Assembly (NCBI RefSeq): GCF_001194135.2
Contig: NC_069000.1
Location: 1,419,164 to 1,483,163 of the forward strand
Reading direction: 5' to 3'
Source: Octopus bimaculoides
Taxonomy: Eukaryota
Length of the DNA stretch: 64,000 nucleotides
Under the pieces are notes generated by a model. It did not search any database, had not been told where the DNA came from, and was given only the letters and a program-made list of their open reading frames with translations. Shown here one piece after another: positions 61,864-64,000 of this stretch. The position numbers were made by a program, and so were the translations under genes. Position 1 is the stretch's first letter, and every line of letters starts with the position of its first letter.

Positions 61864-62849
61864 TCATGAAAACAGCACACGCTGAGAAGTAGTGTGTTTG
61901 TCATCAAATTCACACCCAACATCTTTTTTATTTTATTTTATTTTTTTATCTGTGGCTGATATTTAAACACAGAATAGCAATCAAAAGCAGGGTTAAAAGA
62001 GCCTTTCTAGAACAAACAACAAAAGACTCTGAATTTGTCCACATCAACTTATCTACCAGCATCATCATCAGCCAGTAACATTTCTATTTTCGATAATTTA
62101 CGCATTTTAGTTTGTTGATGGCCTCAGGTCCAACCTTCACTGAACAAATTTTGAAATTAAAAACAATTCCAGCCATGACCCACGTGTCTTTTTACGTCAA
62201 TCTCGGACTACTTTATCAAATGTGTTCGTCTCAGTTGCTGTTTCGCCCCATAAATCTATGACCAATAGGCGTTCCAGTTATGTCCACCATGTCTTAATTG
62301 CAGTCACAGGACTAAGACTGCGGTATCCAATGTGTCCTTTCTCATTTTTTAAAGACGGTCAAACTTTGGATTTGGGGGCAATTTTGGCCCCTATTTCAAA
62401 GCTGGTCGAGCGACCACTTCCTACTTAGGTCACAAGGTCGACGATGAATGCTTTTTTTTTTTTTTTTTAAAGAAAGTAAATCTATTGAATTTCCTTTCCA
62501 ACCCCTAAAATACCCCTCAGCATATTACGATTCTCTCTGCTTTACTGATCTGAGGGCAAAGAAAAAGAAAAGGACGATTAGTGTTTTTGACTCATTATCA
62601 CGAGGTCTTTTCGCCACAGAAGTAGATAAGTCTTCGAGTGCATAGTAATTTGTTACTATTTTAAGAGTAATCCGGGAACTTTCTGACTGGCCCCCAGACC
62701 ACTAATCCTTCTACTACTGGATGAGACATTTCGTTTCCTTTTATAAAGTTGTCTGTCTGGTCTTTTTAAATCCCATAATCGAGGTTTTTTGTAATCTGTC
62801 CTTGTAATGTTCTCATCAGTCGTCGTCTTTGTGACAAATACAGAAATTA

Positions 62850-63270
62850 TCACAACTGGTAGAATTGTCAGAGCGTTGGACGAAATGCAATGCGGTATTT
62901 TCTCCGATTCTTTACGTTCAGGTTTCAAATCCTGCCGCAGTCATCGGCTTTGCCTTTTATTCTTTTGGGGGTCGATAAAATAAAGTACCAGTTGAGCACT
63001 GAAGGCGATGTTATCGGCTGACCATCCCCACCACAAGATTTCAGGCCTTGCACAAAAATTAGAATGAAAAAGATACGGTGAGCTGATAAAATTGTTAGTA
63101 CGTCGGACAAAATGCTCAGCGGAATTTCTTGCGATTCCGAGTTCAAATTCCACTGTGATCGACTTTGCCTTTCATCCTTTAGAGATCGACGAAATAAGTA
63201 CCAGTTGAGGTCGATGTAATCGACTTACCACTTCCCCTAAAAATTGCTGGCTTTGTGCCAAAATCTGAAG
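62850..63270 (+). mobile_element. Two head-to-tail SINE family A copies
   Basis: About 62850-63064 and 63075-63270, each with the gccttttatt/gcctttcatcc...taagtaccagttgag core. Confidence 0.8.
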
Positions 63271-64000
63271 CAATTATTATTATCATTATTATGGTTGTTG
63301 TTTGTTTAGCTCTGGTACAGCCCTAAAGATAACCTGACCACGACCGTAAGGCATCGAAGACTAACAACATAATATAATAATGTCGCTATAAATCACTTGC
63401 CGAAACAAGTACAAACAGCTCTGACAGATATAGCGTGTCCTTCTGTTTTCGAAACAGTTGGGTGTTATGACATTTAGCAGCTGCTTTTAACAGGTCGAGC
63501 AACCACTGTACTTATTCCAATATAGATGCAGGCTTCGCCAACATTTAGAGGAATTTGTTCTTGTAAGAAGAGTCTGGGCCGATGAACTTTACATTCCTAC
63601 AGAAGTAGGTGTGTGTGTACATCAACACACATTAAGAAATATAAGTAACATTGTCTATGGATGTATATGTGTGTGTGTGTTTATGTATACAAAGAAGCTA
63701 CTTGTCCACATGAAAAGGGGAATTTTGTGTGTATATAATAAAGAAGACTATATACATTCCATTTAGAAATGTGGACCCTACATTCTTTATGTATGGCAAT
63801 GTATAAAGAAGAGAATCTTTATACACACAGGTATTTAGAAAATATATAAATTCTATATGGGCGTGTTTGTGTATACAGAAAGGAAGACCAAGTACATCCA
63901 TTTAGGAATATAAACTTACATTTTATGTTTGTATTTGGGCAACCACGAAATGTTTTAGTTTGTGTTTTTATTTATCAAATTTCGAACAAGTTTTCATCAA

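Overview
AT-rich, microsatellite- and SINE-dense metazoan genomic DNA with five N-gaps. The repeat content looks like a coleoid cephalopod, probably Octopus (inference from repeat style, not tested). Two spliced minus-strand genes could be rebuilt by hand with GT-AG junctions and consistent phases. (1) HPF1: 7 coding exons, 12833-18132, 451 aa, with an N-terminal PBZ zinc finger and an intact ANDECDYG catalytic motif. (2) An unnamed 9-exon gene, 26173-35782, 904 aa, reading as PDZ-PDZ-(degenerate Roc-like)-(COR-like)-Death; it appears to have lost the GTP-binding motifs. The rest is mobile and repeat DNA: several tRNA-head SINE families (one copy carries a complete minimal hammerhead ribozyme fold), two Merlin-like MITEs with perfect 8-bp TSDs, hAT-like MITEs, a MULE transposase relic positioned like an in-frame alternative last exon of gene 2, R4/Dong-type LINE ends, a 24-bp minisatellite and a 22-bp perfect hairpin. 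A visually CpG-poor domain and orphan splice sites at 37-61 kb hint at further transcription that I could not resolve. Most ORFs in the supplied track are microsatellite or antisense artefacts. All domain calls are by-eye motif recognition; no database searches were run.
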